Source of the DNA: Octopus sinensis
Taxonomy: Eukaryota
DNA length: 64,000 bases
Direction of reading: 5' to 3'
NCBI RefSeq assembly: GCF_006345805.1
Contig: NC_042998.1
Span: 129,456,001-129,520,000, forward strand
In this document: in pieces, positions 38,161-54,189 of the stretch
Numbering within the stretch: the stretch's first letter is position 1
Layout of the letters: each line of letters begins with the position of its first letter
Notes under the pieces: generated by a model
What the model was told of the DNA's origin: nothing
Database searches by the model: none
Seen by the model: the letters and a program-made list of their open reading frames with translations, nothing else
Program-made: the position numbers and the translations under genes

Positions 38161-41100
38161 TACTTACTATTGATTAGTTCAGACTAAGCGCTAAAGTCAG
38201 AAAAAAGACAAAAACAGCATCTCTTATCTAAGCGTTTAAGCATGCGGGCGAGTGAATTTTCTACCGGTCAGTAATAACACTATCAATGATATCTGAGCTG
38301 TATTGAAATATTCGTTATATTCCGAGTAGAGAGTTTCACTCTGAAACCACAAGCCCTGTCGTCTCTTTCATGCACGTTTTGATGCTATATTACATATACG
38401 CATATCTATGGTCGCAGTAGACTTTAAAGCCAGTGTGAGAAGTTTAGGCTTGTGTCGTATATGCATGCAGAAAGGCTGGTGAATGGCTTTTTACTCGATG
38501 TACTGTGGTTGTGTTTTTGTGCTGTTTAAATGTTTTTTTAAGATCTCTGTTGACAAAGGTAGTATGTTTGACATTAGGTGCTAACATTTTCTTTTTTTCC
38601 AGTGAGTAGGTCTTTTGGTCTTGGCCATGGAATACCCCCTGTTATTTGTTATTTTGATACGGTGATGGTAATGTTCAACTTTTGAAAGTTTTAATAAAAT
38701 GTAAAATTAGATCACGTTTTTCCTTATTCAAAATTCGGGCATTACTTATGAGGTGACCTGTTACTTCGTAGAGGGTTAGCGTTGATAAAAATGGTGGCTA
38801 TTAGATATACAAGTCGAGGTATATTGTGGTGTATGGGAAGTTAATTTCGTTAACCAGATTTGAGCCTCGTATTTCTATCTCCGCATACCGTTATCTCCAG
38901 TTTTGCGAAATATTAGAAACACAGAAGTAAATCTGGCACCATATTTAGTCCAGTTGTCTGCAGTTTCTGCATACTTGCCCTCCATCCAGTTAGAAAAAAA
39001 GGGAAGAAATATATTGTGACGTACACGTTTTAATTTAGCCAATCAATGATATGCAATTTCAACCAAGAATGGAATCCAAGATTCAGTATCAAGAGTATGC
39101 GCCATTTTCAGATAGTATTTTAGTACGATGTGTATTTCAAAGCCTATTGCACAGTCCCATTTAGTATAAATTAACATTAATTAGTAGAGAATGGAAATCG
39201 TATTTATGCCTTAATATGCTAAAAGCATATAACGTCTTTCACAGTTTGTCACTGTAAGTATATATCGGCAAACAATTAAGCAGGTTTGCGATTCAGCGAA
39301 ATATGCGTCTTACACGTTAAGTAATTGTTGGTTTATTTTTTTTACGATTGATTGCAGGAACATATTTAGATTCCGTACCTCGATACTGTGCAAAATTTCT
39401 GTGACCTTTCTGAACACTTTACAATTATCATCACCAATTATCTTGCGATTGTTTCTTATCGATTTTCTTTACATTCAACATGATGTGTTAGTGCTTTGAC
39501 CTAAATTGCAAATTTGTTTTTGTTATCTATCTAACGTGACACACTAATAATTTCGAAGGTGTGACATATTAATTTTATTGTTTTACAAAGCAATTTCACT
39601 CCTCTTATAAATTTCTCTAGATCTATTCTTCTGTTGGAGATGAGATAACTAAGTGATGCTCGGATTCCGCACTAAATTTATTATAAATATCATGTTTATC
39701 TTTTAATTTGGAATTTTAACTGAAGCGTGTATTTTATTTAATTTCATACTAACTTTCAAATGAGTAAACAAAACATTTTCATCCAACTTTAAGTTAATTA
39801 AATAAGATACAGCACATGCTTAGCACGCATTTAAATAGTAGAGTTTTCAATTCAAATATGACATGCGTACTCATATACTGACAGCATTAACTGTTTTCGA
39901 AAAACAAGAAAACTAGGAGAAAACCTTTTCACCATCTTTACATTGAGTACAACATGCTTTTCTTCAGTTTGAAAAACGTGTTTAAAGCAATGTAGAGTGT
40001 TAGGAAGACGTGCTGTTTGTAAAACGCGATATTGCTAGATGAAGTAGGACAGATGACATTCGGAAAACTGCTAGACTATTGAGTTGATCGTAGTTTATGT
40101 GTAGCTAGGACTTCTGTATCGAGAAAAAACATTAGCAGGGAAATATTTTTATTAAGATTGTTATTAAGTAATCAAGCATGCGGTGAATTGGTAGAGTTGT
40201 TTGAATTTTGAGTGAAGTACTTGGCTCTATTTATTCCAGCACTCTGAATACAGATTGCTCTGAGAACAACTTAACTTTTTACCTTTCTAGGTCTGATAAA
40301 TAAACTACTAACTTTGGGAGGTGGATTGACAGAAGTGTTAGAGTATTGGAGGAGTAGATACTTTGCGTTATTTGTTCTGATTCTTTGCGTCGTGATTTGA
40401 AATCGCTCTGTCGTCAAATCGGGTGGTACAGGTAATCCGTTGTCCGATTTAACAACACTCTTCTATGTTTTTTTTTGTGTAGTATTAACTCTGTTGCAAG
40501 CATTAAGACCAGGCTTGTGACATGCGTATAGCTTGCTCTCTCTCACCAACCTGAAAGGCAATGTAAGGGGTCAATGTGACTGAATTATTAAAAACGAGTA
40601 ATAAGAAAAACAAGAGATCACTTGAAAGAAATCTCAAAAATACTATTAATAGCTACATGTCCGGTGGGTAGGAAGCATTTTCATTGTCCTTTGATGTTAG
40701 ATACAAAGGAACCCCGCCCCCACATCCACCCCCAAATCATGAGACACTAGATTAATGGCACACTTATGGATTTCTTAACATATTACGGTCATATATAGGA
40801 ACAACAATGCAGATGCCATCGATATACAATGATTCTATGGCAAAGCTCTTCCCAAGAGCTCCCTCCATTCCAATCTTACATATATGAGAATCTCACCACC
40901 CAGTTACTGATAAAGGAAAGTCATTATGATTTAATTACATATTTCGGATGGGTATTAATTTATCCTGCAACATGATACTTATTCTAATATTCCACAAGTT
41001 TCTTTTCTTTTCTTTCTTTTTTGTCTCTTTTCTTCGAAAACGTTTACACTCCTCATCCCAGTGTGTAAAAAAAATAAGCAATATTGATGTCATCACTGCA

Positions 41101-41939
41101 ACAGAATTTTAGAAGTAGTCATGAATTCTTCATTGCTGCTTTTTTATTTTACTATTTTCGGCTGATTGCTAGTACCCTCAAAGTTTCTTTGTGTTTGTGG
41201 TCCGTACTGTTGGCTTCTCGTTGCTCTGGTTGCTACTGTTGAAAATGCAAGTGGACGACAATCTTTTAATTTCTCATTTTCGTTTTTGCTGTTATTCTTG
41301 TTTTATATTGCTATCACTATTAGGGCAAATGATTGGCAGAACCGCTACAACGTCGTAAAGAATGCATTGCATTTTAGTTGACTTTATATAAATTTTCAAG
41401 TAATTTCCCAAAACATTTTCAATCAGCTTTCAATAAAATACAACGTATGTTTAGCACACCGTTAACTAGTAGACTCTACGAAACAAATATAGGATCTGTA
41501 TTCATGTATGGATTTGTTCTAGCTTTTTACGTACCAAATTCAACTCTCTCTGAGATGACTTTGCGTTTGTCTCTTCGGTCAAGTAACGCATCTGTCAAGT
41601 ACTACTGTAGACATATTCAAGTATACCCTTCAGCTAAATTTCATGCTTTGGTCCTATGTTAGAAGCAATAGTGCTGATATTATTAAAGATGTTAGCGGCG
41701 GAATTACCCTTGTTACTGATATACTGATTGTTAGACGAATTCTTAGTGTTGTTCATCTTACGGCTTGTTATTGCTATTTTAATAGCTATAATGACAGTAC
41801 AGGTAAGGGACTAGTAGCAATGATGTTGTTGAAGTGAATGTTATCAATAGCTGCCATGAAAAATTATTTGTGGCAGCCATATTTAGAAGTGGTGGCATTG
41901 TTTATTATTATGCTAGTCATGGATCTAGAGTTGTGTTCA

Positions 41940-41972
41940 GCTCATGGTGATGATGTTTTGTTGTTGTTGTTG

Positions 41973-42017
<45 letters not shown>

Positions 42018-43290
42018 TATTATTATTATTATTATTATTATCATCATTATCATCATCATCATCATCATCATCATTATTATTGCTGTTGTTGTTGCTGTTT
42101 GTTTTTTCTGCTGCTATTTATACTCAAGTCCATCCTGTGATCAAGTAAACCAATGATCGATCGAGGAGACCTATAATTAAAAGCATTCTCCCCATAATGC
42201 AACTCACCTTACTTTTAGAGATACAGTGTATTTAATGTCACATTATTGAATGTGTCCTTTCCCTTTTTTTTATAAATGACAGTCTGCTTGTTGTTGCTGT
42301 GGTTTTCAATGGTAGTCGCGATTAATAACTGTGATGGCAAAAACAGAAATCGTGATGGTGTTTCATAGTGGCGACTAGAAAGATGCTAATAATAACGGCG
42401 GTAGTAGTGATTGTTGTTCTTTAGCCCCAGGTCAACCCATGAGAAGGTCTATGATCAAAGGCTCTCCATTCTTGATCATGTATTTGATTTCCAGACGTAA
42501 CGTATTTAGAAACACATTAGCCAGTTTGATCTTCCTTTTTTTATAAGAATGTTGGGTATGAAGCAGCGGGGATGAGACTGTTGTATCTAACAGGTCAAAA
42601 GACCTCGCATAAGGTCCCTAATTGTTAGTAGTCTTGATTACGATCACATAATAGTAGAGACTGTAATGGTTGCGTTGTTGTTGGTGGTAACGGTCATAAT
42701 AAAGGTAATAATAATGATGGTGGAGCTGTTCAATATAATAATGATATGGCTGTTCTTGGTTGTGGAATTGGTGATAGCTTTGATGACGCAGATGGAAAAT
42801 GCAGTGACGTTTCCTTCGTTAGATGTAGCTGATATCAATAATAGAAGCCGCTCCTGCTGAGGGCAGTAACACCATCACTACCACCACCACCGTCAGCATT
42901 TCGCAGCGGCGAAGTACAGACAGTGGCGATGGGAGTGATGAGAGTGGTTATGGTCTTAATAATGACAGTAATAACTGTCCTGCAGTAGGATTTCTGAAAG
43001 TAGTTCTGATGATGATAAGTGCGGTGGTAATGAAGTAATTGCTGGTAGTAGTAATAAAAGTGCAAGAGCGAGACAAAAGAGGGTACGATTGTATCATGAA
43101 GCTGGTGGTGGGGACGGTGGTGCGAAACTAAGAAAGTGCAGTGAATGATTATACTAAATTGTGAAGGTAGGGTAATGTTCATAGCAATATATAGTATTTG
43201 TTGTTGTTAGGAGCTGTGGTAGAGATGGTGGTGGTTGTAAAAATTATGATGGTGTTTCGGAGTAGTCGTGGATGTGATTGCGGTTGAATG
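41940..43290. repeat. Compound and decayed trinucleotide low-complexity region (TTG/TAT/CAT/GGT/GTA)
   Basis: Pure tract at 41960-42100 followed by decayed GGT/GAT/TAA-rich sequence. Confidence 0.75.
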
Positions 43291-43563
43291 CGTATAGAAT
43301 TCATTTACTTTTCATACTTGAAATTTTGCTGAAAATATTTTGTAGTTAGGATGTCTTTGCTGTTTAGCTAGAAATATTGATGATCGCTCATTACCGCAAA
43401 TAGACATGACTATAAATATAAACATGTATACACACACGCACATACACAATACACATACTACACACACACACTCACACACACACACAGACATATATATATA
43501 TATATATAATATATATATATATATACACACATACATATGTGCGTGTGTATCTGCGTGTGTGTG

Positions 43564-43599
<36 letters not shown>

Positions 43600-45029
43600 C
43601 CTCTGTCTCTGTCTGTCTCTCTCTCTCTATCATTCTATCTATCTATCTATCTATCAATGTGAATATATATATATATATATATATATAACGTATATATGTA
43701 TGTATGCATGTGTATGTATGTGTGTATAGATACATATGCATACATATACATACACGTACGTGTATACGTACATATACATACCCGTGCGTGCGTGCGCACA
43801 CACGCAGATACTCACTCACACGCATACACTTACACACATATACATATAGATACGTGTATACTCGCTTGCATATCTACCGAATGAAGTCAAACGAAACAGA
43901 TTGATAACATTTATATGAATCACAAATCGAATTAAACATTTACTCATTAGTTATACTTGGCCGAACCTTAAGATCGATCTGGCAATTCTTTGCACGGGGA
44001 GCATTTTTTGGAGTAAATAACTTTTTGTATGTACAACAATATTAGTCATTCAATTATGCTTCTTCCAGAAAACCAAATATATTTAAAGGAGACAATAACA
44101 TAGAAAGGAATAACAAAACACATTTCAATATAAAAATAAATTATCAATGAAATTTGCTTTAATCTTCCATTCTAATTAATTTTTTTCACAAACTGTAACA
44201 GTTCTTTTCGGTATTTACTGGACTTGAACCTAGAACTAATTATTCAACCATTTTTGCTCCAGCTAATTAATTATAATTTGTTCGGTTTCTTGGCTGTCTG
44301 ATTTTCTGAACATTTTACAGTTCGCTGCTTACTGGAACAATGTAGCATCTTCATTTGTTTATTTCATTATATTTTCACCTTTTACTAGGTATTGTAGAGT
44401 CCGGTTGATATATTTTTAAGGCCTTCACATTTTAAGGAAGAGATTATATTTAGATCTGTCTCAGTAAGAACATGTAGGTGGTTTTCTGACACGTTGAAAA
44501 TAACAAAATAACAATTCGATAACACTCAACGGTCTTGAGAAGTGAATTCCTAAATTGGCTAATGTATACTATATATCTTTAAAATGAAAGGATGACGCTA
44601 GATACAAGACTTTTATGAAAATTTTGTCGATCCAGACTCTCGTTGGTATAAACAGTAGCAGTAACAAAACACAAGTCAGTTACACAACGTTAATTCCATG
44701 CTGAGCATTTGAAAGTGTATCCTGTTGATAATAATTCAATTTTAAACCTTTAAATCGTTCGAAGACATCTACGACGATACTTAGGGATTTCATCAATAAG
44801 CATGTAGAAGCAAAGCGAGTCAGTAGATAGAGTATTGGACTACCTACTCATTAATCCTATAGCTATCTAACCACTAATTGTAAAGTAACAAACGTACTAT
44901 CACGAAGCCAATAACAGTATAATCCAAAATCCATATTAAAAGACAATTTTGACCTGCACTGTAAAGCTGCGAATTACGTGCCGTGCCTGCGGTAAATTTA
45001 TATATAGCTTATTACCAGTTACATGTTTG

Positions 45030-45067
45030 GTAATAGATAGATAGATAGATAGATATATAAGATAGAT

Positions 45068-45140
<73 letters not shown>
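45030..45140. repeat. (GATA)n microsatellite
   Basis: Directly visible. Confidence 0.95.
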
Positions 45141-45141
<1 letters not shown>

Positions 45142-45320
45142 GTATTGATATTAATAGTCGTACTTCTCTGGGTATTTGCAGTGTCTATATTTTCGGGTAT
45201 TCGAAATCATATTATATTTGCTTTACGTCAGGGTATTAAGCGATGCTCTAGTAACACAAAGAATATGCTGAAAAGTGTATTTAATAGTGCGTGTTTATGT
45301 ATGTGAGTATGCCTGTGTGC

Positions 45321-45368
<48 letters not shown>

Positions 45369-46621
45369 TAGATAGATAGATATATTAAAAAATATATTGA
45401 GATTCAGTGAATTCTCAGAAAATATATATACATACAAACACTCATGCACACACACACAGACGTACGCACACACAGATGGATGCACGCCCACACACGCACA
45501 TGCACACACACACACACACGCACACACGCACACGCTCACACATATCTATATCTACGTTTGTGGCGTAAGTCAACTCTTGATCGTTCATAATCACTTCTGT
45601 ACTACTGACACGTATGTCTATAACATATTTGATAGATTTTCTATGATCACTTAATTCAGCATCTAATTCTAGCTTTGTTTTAAGTTTTCTGGTTAAAATG
45701 CATCAAACGATTCATTCAAGAGCGGGTTCACGCAATGCATTCGTCGGAAATGGATATTCATTAGCTAGTTCATACGGACACCTTTGAACATAAAAGACAG
45801 TTATGCATTAATGGTGTAGCTGAAACTATGTGTATGACCATCCCACGTTGCTTTTCTCATATATCACCTTTGGAGATTTTTGAAAGTGTAGTACGATTCT
45901 AACAGGGGATTGATGATAACGCTGGACTCACTGGTCTGCTGCAGTTTTGGGTCATACGCTTTTTGTATTTGATGGGCAATTCGACTTTTCCCAAACAGCA
46001 AACCGCTCCTACTGCTTACAGACTGTCATTCATTTCAGTTCATTGCAAAATATTTCCAATTTTATAGCTTAAAGTTCTCTTCTATAATGTGAAGAAACAT
46101 GTTTTTGGAGTCTAATGGAGGCGCACACATAGAAGTAATTACTGTCAAGTTATTGTTTCAGATGTTTGAAAATTTCATGCCGGATGATATGTTCAGCCTA
46201 CACGAGATATGATACTTGAGGAAGTGCGCTTCTATATCGTGAGACAGCCTGCTTCTTCCGGCACTTGTATGCCCCGTGTAAAAGATTTCCTGATGATATT
46301 TAACATACTCCTTAAAGTCATCTGGTGACTCTTACTTTGTAGTTTGATATGTCTTCGATATGACGTCCTTGTCTTATGAAGAGTGTAGCTGGGGAAGTCA
46401 TGATGCAAGGCTTAGAAGAAAATATCAAATCCCGGCTGGCCAAATTTGGTTTTTTAGTGACGGACATATAACGAAAGCTTTGTTAATCTTCAAGCCGTTG
46501 TTTGGACTTCTGCAGGACTATGCAACACGTACAATAAAGATGAACTGACAGTTTTGGATGAGAAGTAAATTGACATTCTGTAAAGCAAGAGCAGCTATGG
46601 TCGTTTTCATTTCGGATTGAC

Positions 46622-46910
46622 TAATCCCTTAAACCAGCGGTTTCAAAGGAGCTGGCGGCTCAAACGGTCTGATTTTCAAAATTTGTGTCATTCAGCAAGT
46701 AAACTTATTTTATATATCAAAGATGTTACAGTGTTCTTGAAATTCTATCGCCTGCTGTGCTAAAAACATGAAAAAGAAGCAAATCTTTGAACAGTAAATT
46801 TTATGTTGAAGTCTTGTTTTTTAAAATCAGTTAAAAATCAAAATCTACAGAACACATTTTAAGTCGGCAGGACATAATTAATGCAGCGTGAAACGTACTG
46901 AAGGGTTAAG
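46622..46910. mobile_element. Possible piggyBac-type MITE
   Basis: Ends taatccctta... and ...gaagggttaa resemble TTAA-CCCT termini, but the left end is imperfect. Confidence 0.3.
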
Positions 46911-46919
46911 TTAACCACG

Positions 46920-46963
46920 TACATACATACATACATACATACATACATACATACACACATAAA

Positions 46964-47044
<81 letters not shown>

Positions 47045-47144
47045 ATCTATCTGTGTATCCTTCTATCCAATCATCCATCCATCCATCCATCTATCTATCC
47101 ATCCATCCATCCATCCATCCATCCATCCATCCATCCATACATCC

Positions 47145-47218
<74 letters not shown>
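46920..47218. repeat. Compound (CATA)n/(TCTA)n/(TCCA)n microsatellite
   Basis: Directly visible. Confidence 0.95.
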
Positions 47219-47864
47219 TACCAAGACGCTGAGGGATATAGACAGATATTTAGAAAGGGAGATAGATACGCATATGGGGAAGTGAACCGAAACTTCGAAG
47301 TCTCTGTCAGCCTTTACCCCCCCCCCAAAAAAAAATAATTACATTAAGATACATAAAATTGCGTGTGTGTGCGTGGGATGCGTGAATTTTTCTACGTGTG
47401 CGTAGATTTTTATGCGTGAGCGTGTGTGAATAATGTTGCTTAAGTTTAAAAGATGGCCTGTATGTATAAACATACGCAACCTGCCTGTCAAGTTTGTAAT
47501 GGAGTGTTTGTGCTGAAAGGTGAATATGACTATGCATGTATGCATGATTTGAATATCCACGGCTTTTACTGGCATGGAGCTATACTCTCATGGTAGATTA
47601 CTTTAGCCGCTAATGAAGCATCGATAAATATCGTTCTCAGCAATTCTATTGGGTGCACCAAAGAAGTAAAGAATAAAAACAAAAAAACAACAGCTTGCGA
47701 ATGCTTATATACACAGACCATCATTTAGACTTAAACAACCTTGCGCGCGCGCTCACACACATAAAAATGCACGCACGCATAGAAGAATTCACGCATCCCA
47801 CGCATACACGCACGCAGTTTTACGTAAAAGCGTCAAAGCTTTACATACACATTCAGATATAAAA

Positions 47865-47895
47865 TTACACACACACATGTACGCATATATATATA

Positions 47896-47964
<69 letters not shown>

Positions 47965-48221
47965 TATATATGCGTGTCTATATATGTATACATATATAGA
48001 TGTATATAAATGCATATATATATATATATGTGTATATGTATGTATGTATGTATGTATGTATATATATATATATATATATAATATATATATATATAAATAC
48101 ACACATGTATGTCCATGTTCATATACTGATATATATGCAGAAAATATATACCTCCCATTAGTGACTGAGCTAATTTTCCTCATACACCCATATACACATA
48201 CATATATACGCATTTATGCCG

Positions 48222-48256
<35 letters not shown>

Positions 48257-48710
48257 CCTGTATATGTGATTACACATAGATGTGTATGCTTATACATACA
48301 TACTTACATACACACACATATATATAAGACTATCTACCTATCAGTGTATTGTACGTATATGTATAGGTGTGTGCATTCATACACATACATATACATTCAC
48401 ACATGCACAAACGCATATATATGTATACGTATGTATGTTTATATCTAATACGCACATACACATTGTATACGCATTCACACACATATACACATACATACAT
48501 ATATATCATACAACACATCAATAATATATGAAAACTGTAATATATGCAATAAGATCGCGAGATCAAAAGATAGATAGGCGTCAAGAGAAAGATATAAAAA
48601 TAGCTATATACTACCACCTTCTACACTACTAACACCATCACTACCGCCACAACAACAACAACAACTTCTTCTTCTACTACTACTACTACTACTACAACTA
48701 CTACTACTTC

Positions 48711-48749
<39 letters not shown>

Positions 48750-49123
48750 CAACAACAACAACAACAACAACGATAATAACAATAGTAGTAATTATAATGG
48801 TAGTAGTAAAAATAATACTGAAATTGATAATGATAATGATAATACAAAACTTTATCAAAAAGAGGAAAACACTAACAGAAGCTCATGGAATGGCAGTGAA
48901 ATGAAGGACAGGAATATGGAAGCAAAATAGCAATCTTTGAATATATGCTGCAAAGTTGCATAGATCTACACATGCGAAAAACTGCAAATGCAGTAGTTAT
49001 CTATAGTAAGATAGTAACATAACGCCAAGTTAAATGAATTAGCATGCATGGAAACAGCTTAAGATAAGTTCAGTTCGTATTGTAATTGCTGCAGGTATAT
49101 GATGAAGATATATATATGTATGT

Positions 49124-49188
<65 letters not shown>

Positions 49189-49450
49189 TATACGTATATA
49201 TATACGTATATACATATATATACTTATATAAATATATACATATATATATACATATATATACATTATATATACAAACATACAAACATCATATGGACAACCC
49301 CCCACATACACATATTTATATATACATATATACATATATGTATATATATATATATATATTTTTTTTATATATATATATATATATGTTTATATATACACAT
49401 ACTTTTATATATATACATACATATATATCTATATCTCGAAGAATAGCACA
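47865..49450. repeat. Compound (TA)n/(CA)n/(CTA/TAA/CAA)n microsatellite cluster
   Basis: Directly visible. Confidence 0.9.
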
Positions 49451-49755
49451 TACATACTCGCCCAAACACACACAGACATACACACACTCACACACGGATG
49501 CGCACACACACATGCATAGCACGCATTCACACACGTGTTGCCATTAATAGTCAACGATATCACAACCTGCAAAATTCAAACATACGAACGCATTTTACAC
49601 ACGCTAAAATTGCATAGATATACATGCATATACAATCACATTCGCATACATAAACACAAATTTATATGGGTCTATCACACACGCACACATATATACATAA
49701 ATATATAAGTAAATATTGATGTATACATGTATTTTTATATGCTTCTTTTTCACTC

Positions 49756-49827
<72 letters not shown>

Positions 49828-52363
49828 CATTTATAAATGTAGATATATACATTTATATGTATAAATTATAACGGCTATTTAGAACTCCATGTGCATCTTT
49901 ATACATAGAAGGTATATTTCGAAGAGAACCCGTGCATTATATTTCGACTTACTTTTCCCTGGTCTGCTTACTACGAAATATCAATTTTATTCTGACAATC
50001 TATCTATTTTGCTCTCTCTTTCTCCCCTTCTCTCTCTCCCTTTCTATATGCATACATAGGCACTTTTATATATAGATATTATATATATTTATATATAAAC
50101 GTATTCTTGAGTATGCTGGTGAGAAAAGGTTTCGAGATACAATGTGAAATCTCTAACATTTAAAAGAATACCGTGTATTAATATTTTTTTATTTGCTAAC
50201 TAAGCTTCAAAGGTAATTTTATTTTGCTTCCAACTCAATATTTTGAATCTATCAAGTACTTCAGCTTTCCGTTGATAAAATATATATTCTTATCCTGCGG
50301 AGGGGATTATAGGATGTACTAAATCAGGATACATTTCAAAGAAGCTGTGGCTGTATAATGTATACATTTAGACCCAGTTTTATAAATTTTACATGGCCAC
50401 GGATATAAAGTACGGAGAACAATTATGTGATAAGGGGTTTGGGAATACTTAAACCTCGAGAAGTGTTGAAGTACGTCTGAGGTTTGTAGTCTCTCTCAGG
50501 TTATCCATCTTGCGAAATGCATATATCTGCGACAGATGTGTTAGATTTCGTTGTGAGGAAACGAATTATAGTGCTTATTGTTGCTCAGTGTCTTATAGTA
50601 TATAAGAGAGGGTCCTTTCAAATTGTTTGTTAAAGTGTACTTCCTTGAGAAGGAATAACGATAACGTTCAGCTAAAAAGAGGTTCTCAGAGTGTGTGTCT
50701 CATCTCAGTGTATGTTTGATCCCAGAGTCTATTCCGAGTTTTCAATTTCCAGATGTAATTTGAGAACGTCGTACCTTTCCTTTCCTGATTTCGAAGCATG
50801 CGGTTTTGCTGGTATAACTTTGTTTAAAGGGCATATATATGAGACTAATCTAAGCTTTAGATGTTTGGTTTCTTTTGTTAGACAGCTGCATTTATATGAT
50901 TGGTTAGTTTTGAAATAACTGGAGTACATATATTCATTTGTAGAAAACTTCTGTTGTTTGTGGGTGGTAGTATATAAGACTGATTCAATTTAGTAAATAT
51001 GGAAGAAGTGAGGACCTCAACCAAGTATGGAGTTGAAGAGTAATCTAGTGTAAATATGTTTCCGATGATATTTTTGAGAATAGTTAATTTTGTTTTAGAA
51101 TATTGAGATGTAACATCCTTTTGATGTTATAAAATAGATCTAACTGGTAAACATTAAGAAAAGATGTAACTGGTGTTATTATATATAATTAGCACATATT
51201 TATAATTCTGTATTCTCGTAGTATTTGATATAACCAATCTCAGATTTAGGTTGAATGGTCTCAGGGCAGCAACATAGAAATGAACTAAAGAATAACAAAA
51301 TCCCTGAAAAGGCTATTGCGGAATTAACTAATAATTTCAGAAATGTAATTGTTATGTAGATACAACATTGTTAAACAGCACGGGTACGTTACAATATCGA
51401 GAAGCTTGTCACTGTCAAAACAGCAAATGTATTTGAACATTCTCTCAATAATCTTCCAACAATGATATACATACTCATTTTGGTATTATAAAGACAGAAA
51501 AACAGGGCCACAGTTGTACAAGAAGTTTACGTAGAGCATATCAGTGAAAATAATTCTCTGGTCATGAAGTCAATGATGAAGCATCAAGAAATAGATGTAC
51601 CCATTGTATTATATCGCGATATTAAACAAATAAACTTCCAATAAAATATGTCGAGTATTGTGTTATGGCTGCAATGCTACGGATGAATACAACATGCATT
51701 ATATACATGATATATATTTATGACTTATCTATGATTTCTAATGTATTTCTTTCATAATCCTAAATACGTACTTATTTGCGAATTATTATTTATATATATG
51801 AACTGGGAACAGACAAAGCAGCAAATATAGATATTTTATAAACCGATGTTCTGTCACAATTGAAAGATATTCCCATCCGAAATTAAGATAAATTGCTCGT
51901 AGCGAAATTGAAAGCGCTGGTTATATGAGAGAAACGAAAAGAACGAAAAAAAGAAGAACCGACGGCATCTATAAGAAACTTTCAATCTCTTCTGTAAGCA
52001 TTCATATTCACATATTTACTTTCATTCATATATTACATCAGAATTACACAAATATAAGTGTGTGTTACATAACACACACACATAAACACACAAATACACA
52101 CACATTAGCACACGCACACACATATATGCATATATATTTATAGAGGATGTCTTTCAAGATATGAGAAGCAAGATATGCAGATTGGGCGATAATAGATACC
52201 ACCCACTGATGATGTACACTCACGCTGAAATCACATGATCTATCAGTTTCATCACTGGTGCTGGACAATTTCCGTCTGCCGCAGTTTATCTGTGCTTTAA
52301 GCACTAAACTTGTGCGCGCGAGCGCATGCACACATATATGCACATATATACACATAACTATAT

Positions 52364-52397
<34 letters not shown>

Positions 52398-52454
52398 GTA
52401 TGTATATATATTATATATATATATATTATATATATATATTATATATATATATAT

Positions 52455-52487
<33 letters not shown>

Positions 52488-52574
52488 AATATATATATAT
52501 ATACACACACACATATATATATATATATGCACATATACACACATAACTATCTGTATATATATGTATATAAATAT

Positions 52575-52617
<43 letters not shown>

Positions 52618-52623
<6 letters not shown>

Positions 52624-53004
52624 ATTGAAGAAATGGAGTTGAACGAAGATTGAAGAGAAATCGTTTTATTGCATTCTACACGTGTTCGAAAGGCACAATT
52701 TACCAAATTCCGAATGAATAATGAGACCATATTGTGTCTTTCTCTTCAGGAAGAAATAGGAAATCCGTTGGAATAAACAAAAACAGAACAGAGGCGGAGC
52801 AAAACAAATCGATTTGTTTTGCTCCGCCTCTGTTCTGTTTTTGTTTATTCCAACGGATTTCCTATTTCTTCCTGAAGAGAAAGACACAATATGGTCTCAT
52901 TATTCATTCGGAATTTGGTAAATTGTGCCTTTCGAAACACGTGTAGAATGCAATAAAACGATTTCTGTTCAATCTTCGTTCAACTCCATTTCTTCAATTC
53001 ACTA
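52618..53004. repeat. Near-perfect spacer-less palindrome (193/194-bp arms)
   Basis: Centre aaaacaaatc|gatttgtttt at 52810/52811. One mismatch and one indel seen between arms. The ORF track gives the same peptide on both strands. Confidence 0.95.
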
Positions 53005-53193
53005 ATAATATTAAAATTCAATTATCCGCACCAACGCACGGTTGCAACACCATATGGTTGTACCTCCAACCGTGCTGTCTTCTGCTGTGATTTTTGCTAC
53101 CAAGGTATCGGTTAAACTTTTGATTAATCTGCAACAAGATTATTCATATTTCTATTTCACAATATATATATATATATATATATTCTTTTATAC

Positions 53194-53410
53194 TTTTACC
53201 TGTTTCAGTCATTTTGACTGTGGCTATGCTGGAGCACCGCCTTGAAGGGTTTTAGTCGAAGACATGAACCCTAGAACTTATTTTCTGTACGCCAAGTACT
53301 TATTCTATCAATATTTTCCCCGAACCGCTAAGTTACGGGGAGATAAACACACTAGCATTGGTTGTCAAATGATGGCGTAGGGGAGTGGGAAAAAACACAG
53401 ACACACAGAC
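53194..53410 (+). mobile_element. SINE family B 3' part
   Basis: tgtttcagtcattttgactgtggctatgctggagcaccgcc...gaaccgctaagttacgggga. Confidence 0.75.
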
Positions 53411-54082
53411 ACGCAATATATATATATATATACAAAATTTTATAAGTACTCTGCTGTCTCAGTTTTAATTTTTCAACCTGAAGAAACTAACCCATTTCTG
53501 TCAACAGGGACTTGCTAGCCTTGTGATTCTTATGAAAACCAAAAGTAATGGCAGTTGACGGGAAATCATTCATATAGATTCATAAGTAAATTCGTCGTCG
53601 ATGATCCCATATAAACCAATGATGGATACTTTTTGAAATCCATCGTGATACTATGAGTAACGGAATGCTAATTCATATAGAGACTCCGTCCGTCTTTCTG
53701 TCTGTATGTGTGCATATACTTATTCACACACACACACACACAAGCACAAACATATAAATATAATATACAATACAATATGATATAATGTAAATATAATATC
53801 TATCTATATTATTAGTTAATAAATCGTATGGTATAGACCTGATAGTTTACCGGTAAAGCACGTTTATTTTCTTAGTGTTTCTTGGGTGTTTGATTAATGG
53901 GAGAGACGGAAGATGGAACATACTAGAGTATGTATAGATCACTACAATAATTTCGACCCATCTAGGATCGATTCTTCAGGGGCGGGATACTGCACATCTG
54001 GTTTAGGTGTATCCGTCGGTGTAGGCGACAAGATGTATCTCGTTAAAATAACGCCTGTTCCGCAAGATATTTTATATATCAA

Positions 54083-54189
54083 CAGGACGAGTAACACAAA
54101 AAACGGCCCTTCAGTTGTGAGCTGTCTATCTACTCTTCATTTCGTGCATTGACAACTGATGAAGGGTCCTTTTTGTGTTACTCGTCCTG
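54083..54189. repeat. ~36-38-bp inverted repeat including a hammerhead half-core
   Basis: caggacgagtaacacaaaaa...cccttcagttgt / acaaCTGATGAagggtcctttttgtgttactcgtcctg. Confidence 0.75.

Noticed and set aside
52203-52258. CTGATGA...GAAA hammerhead-like motif
   Set aside because: Stem I is absent and stem II is weak; better explained as a small degenerate inverted repeat or chance.
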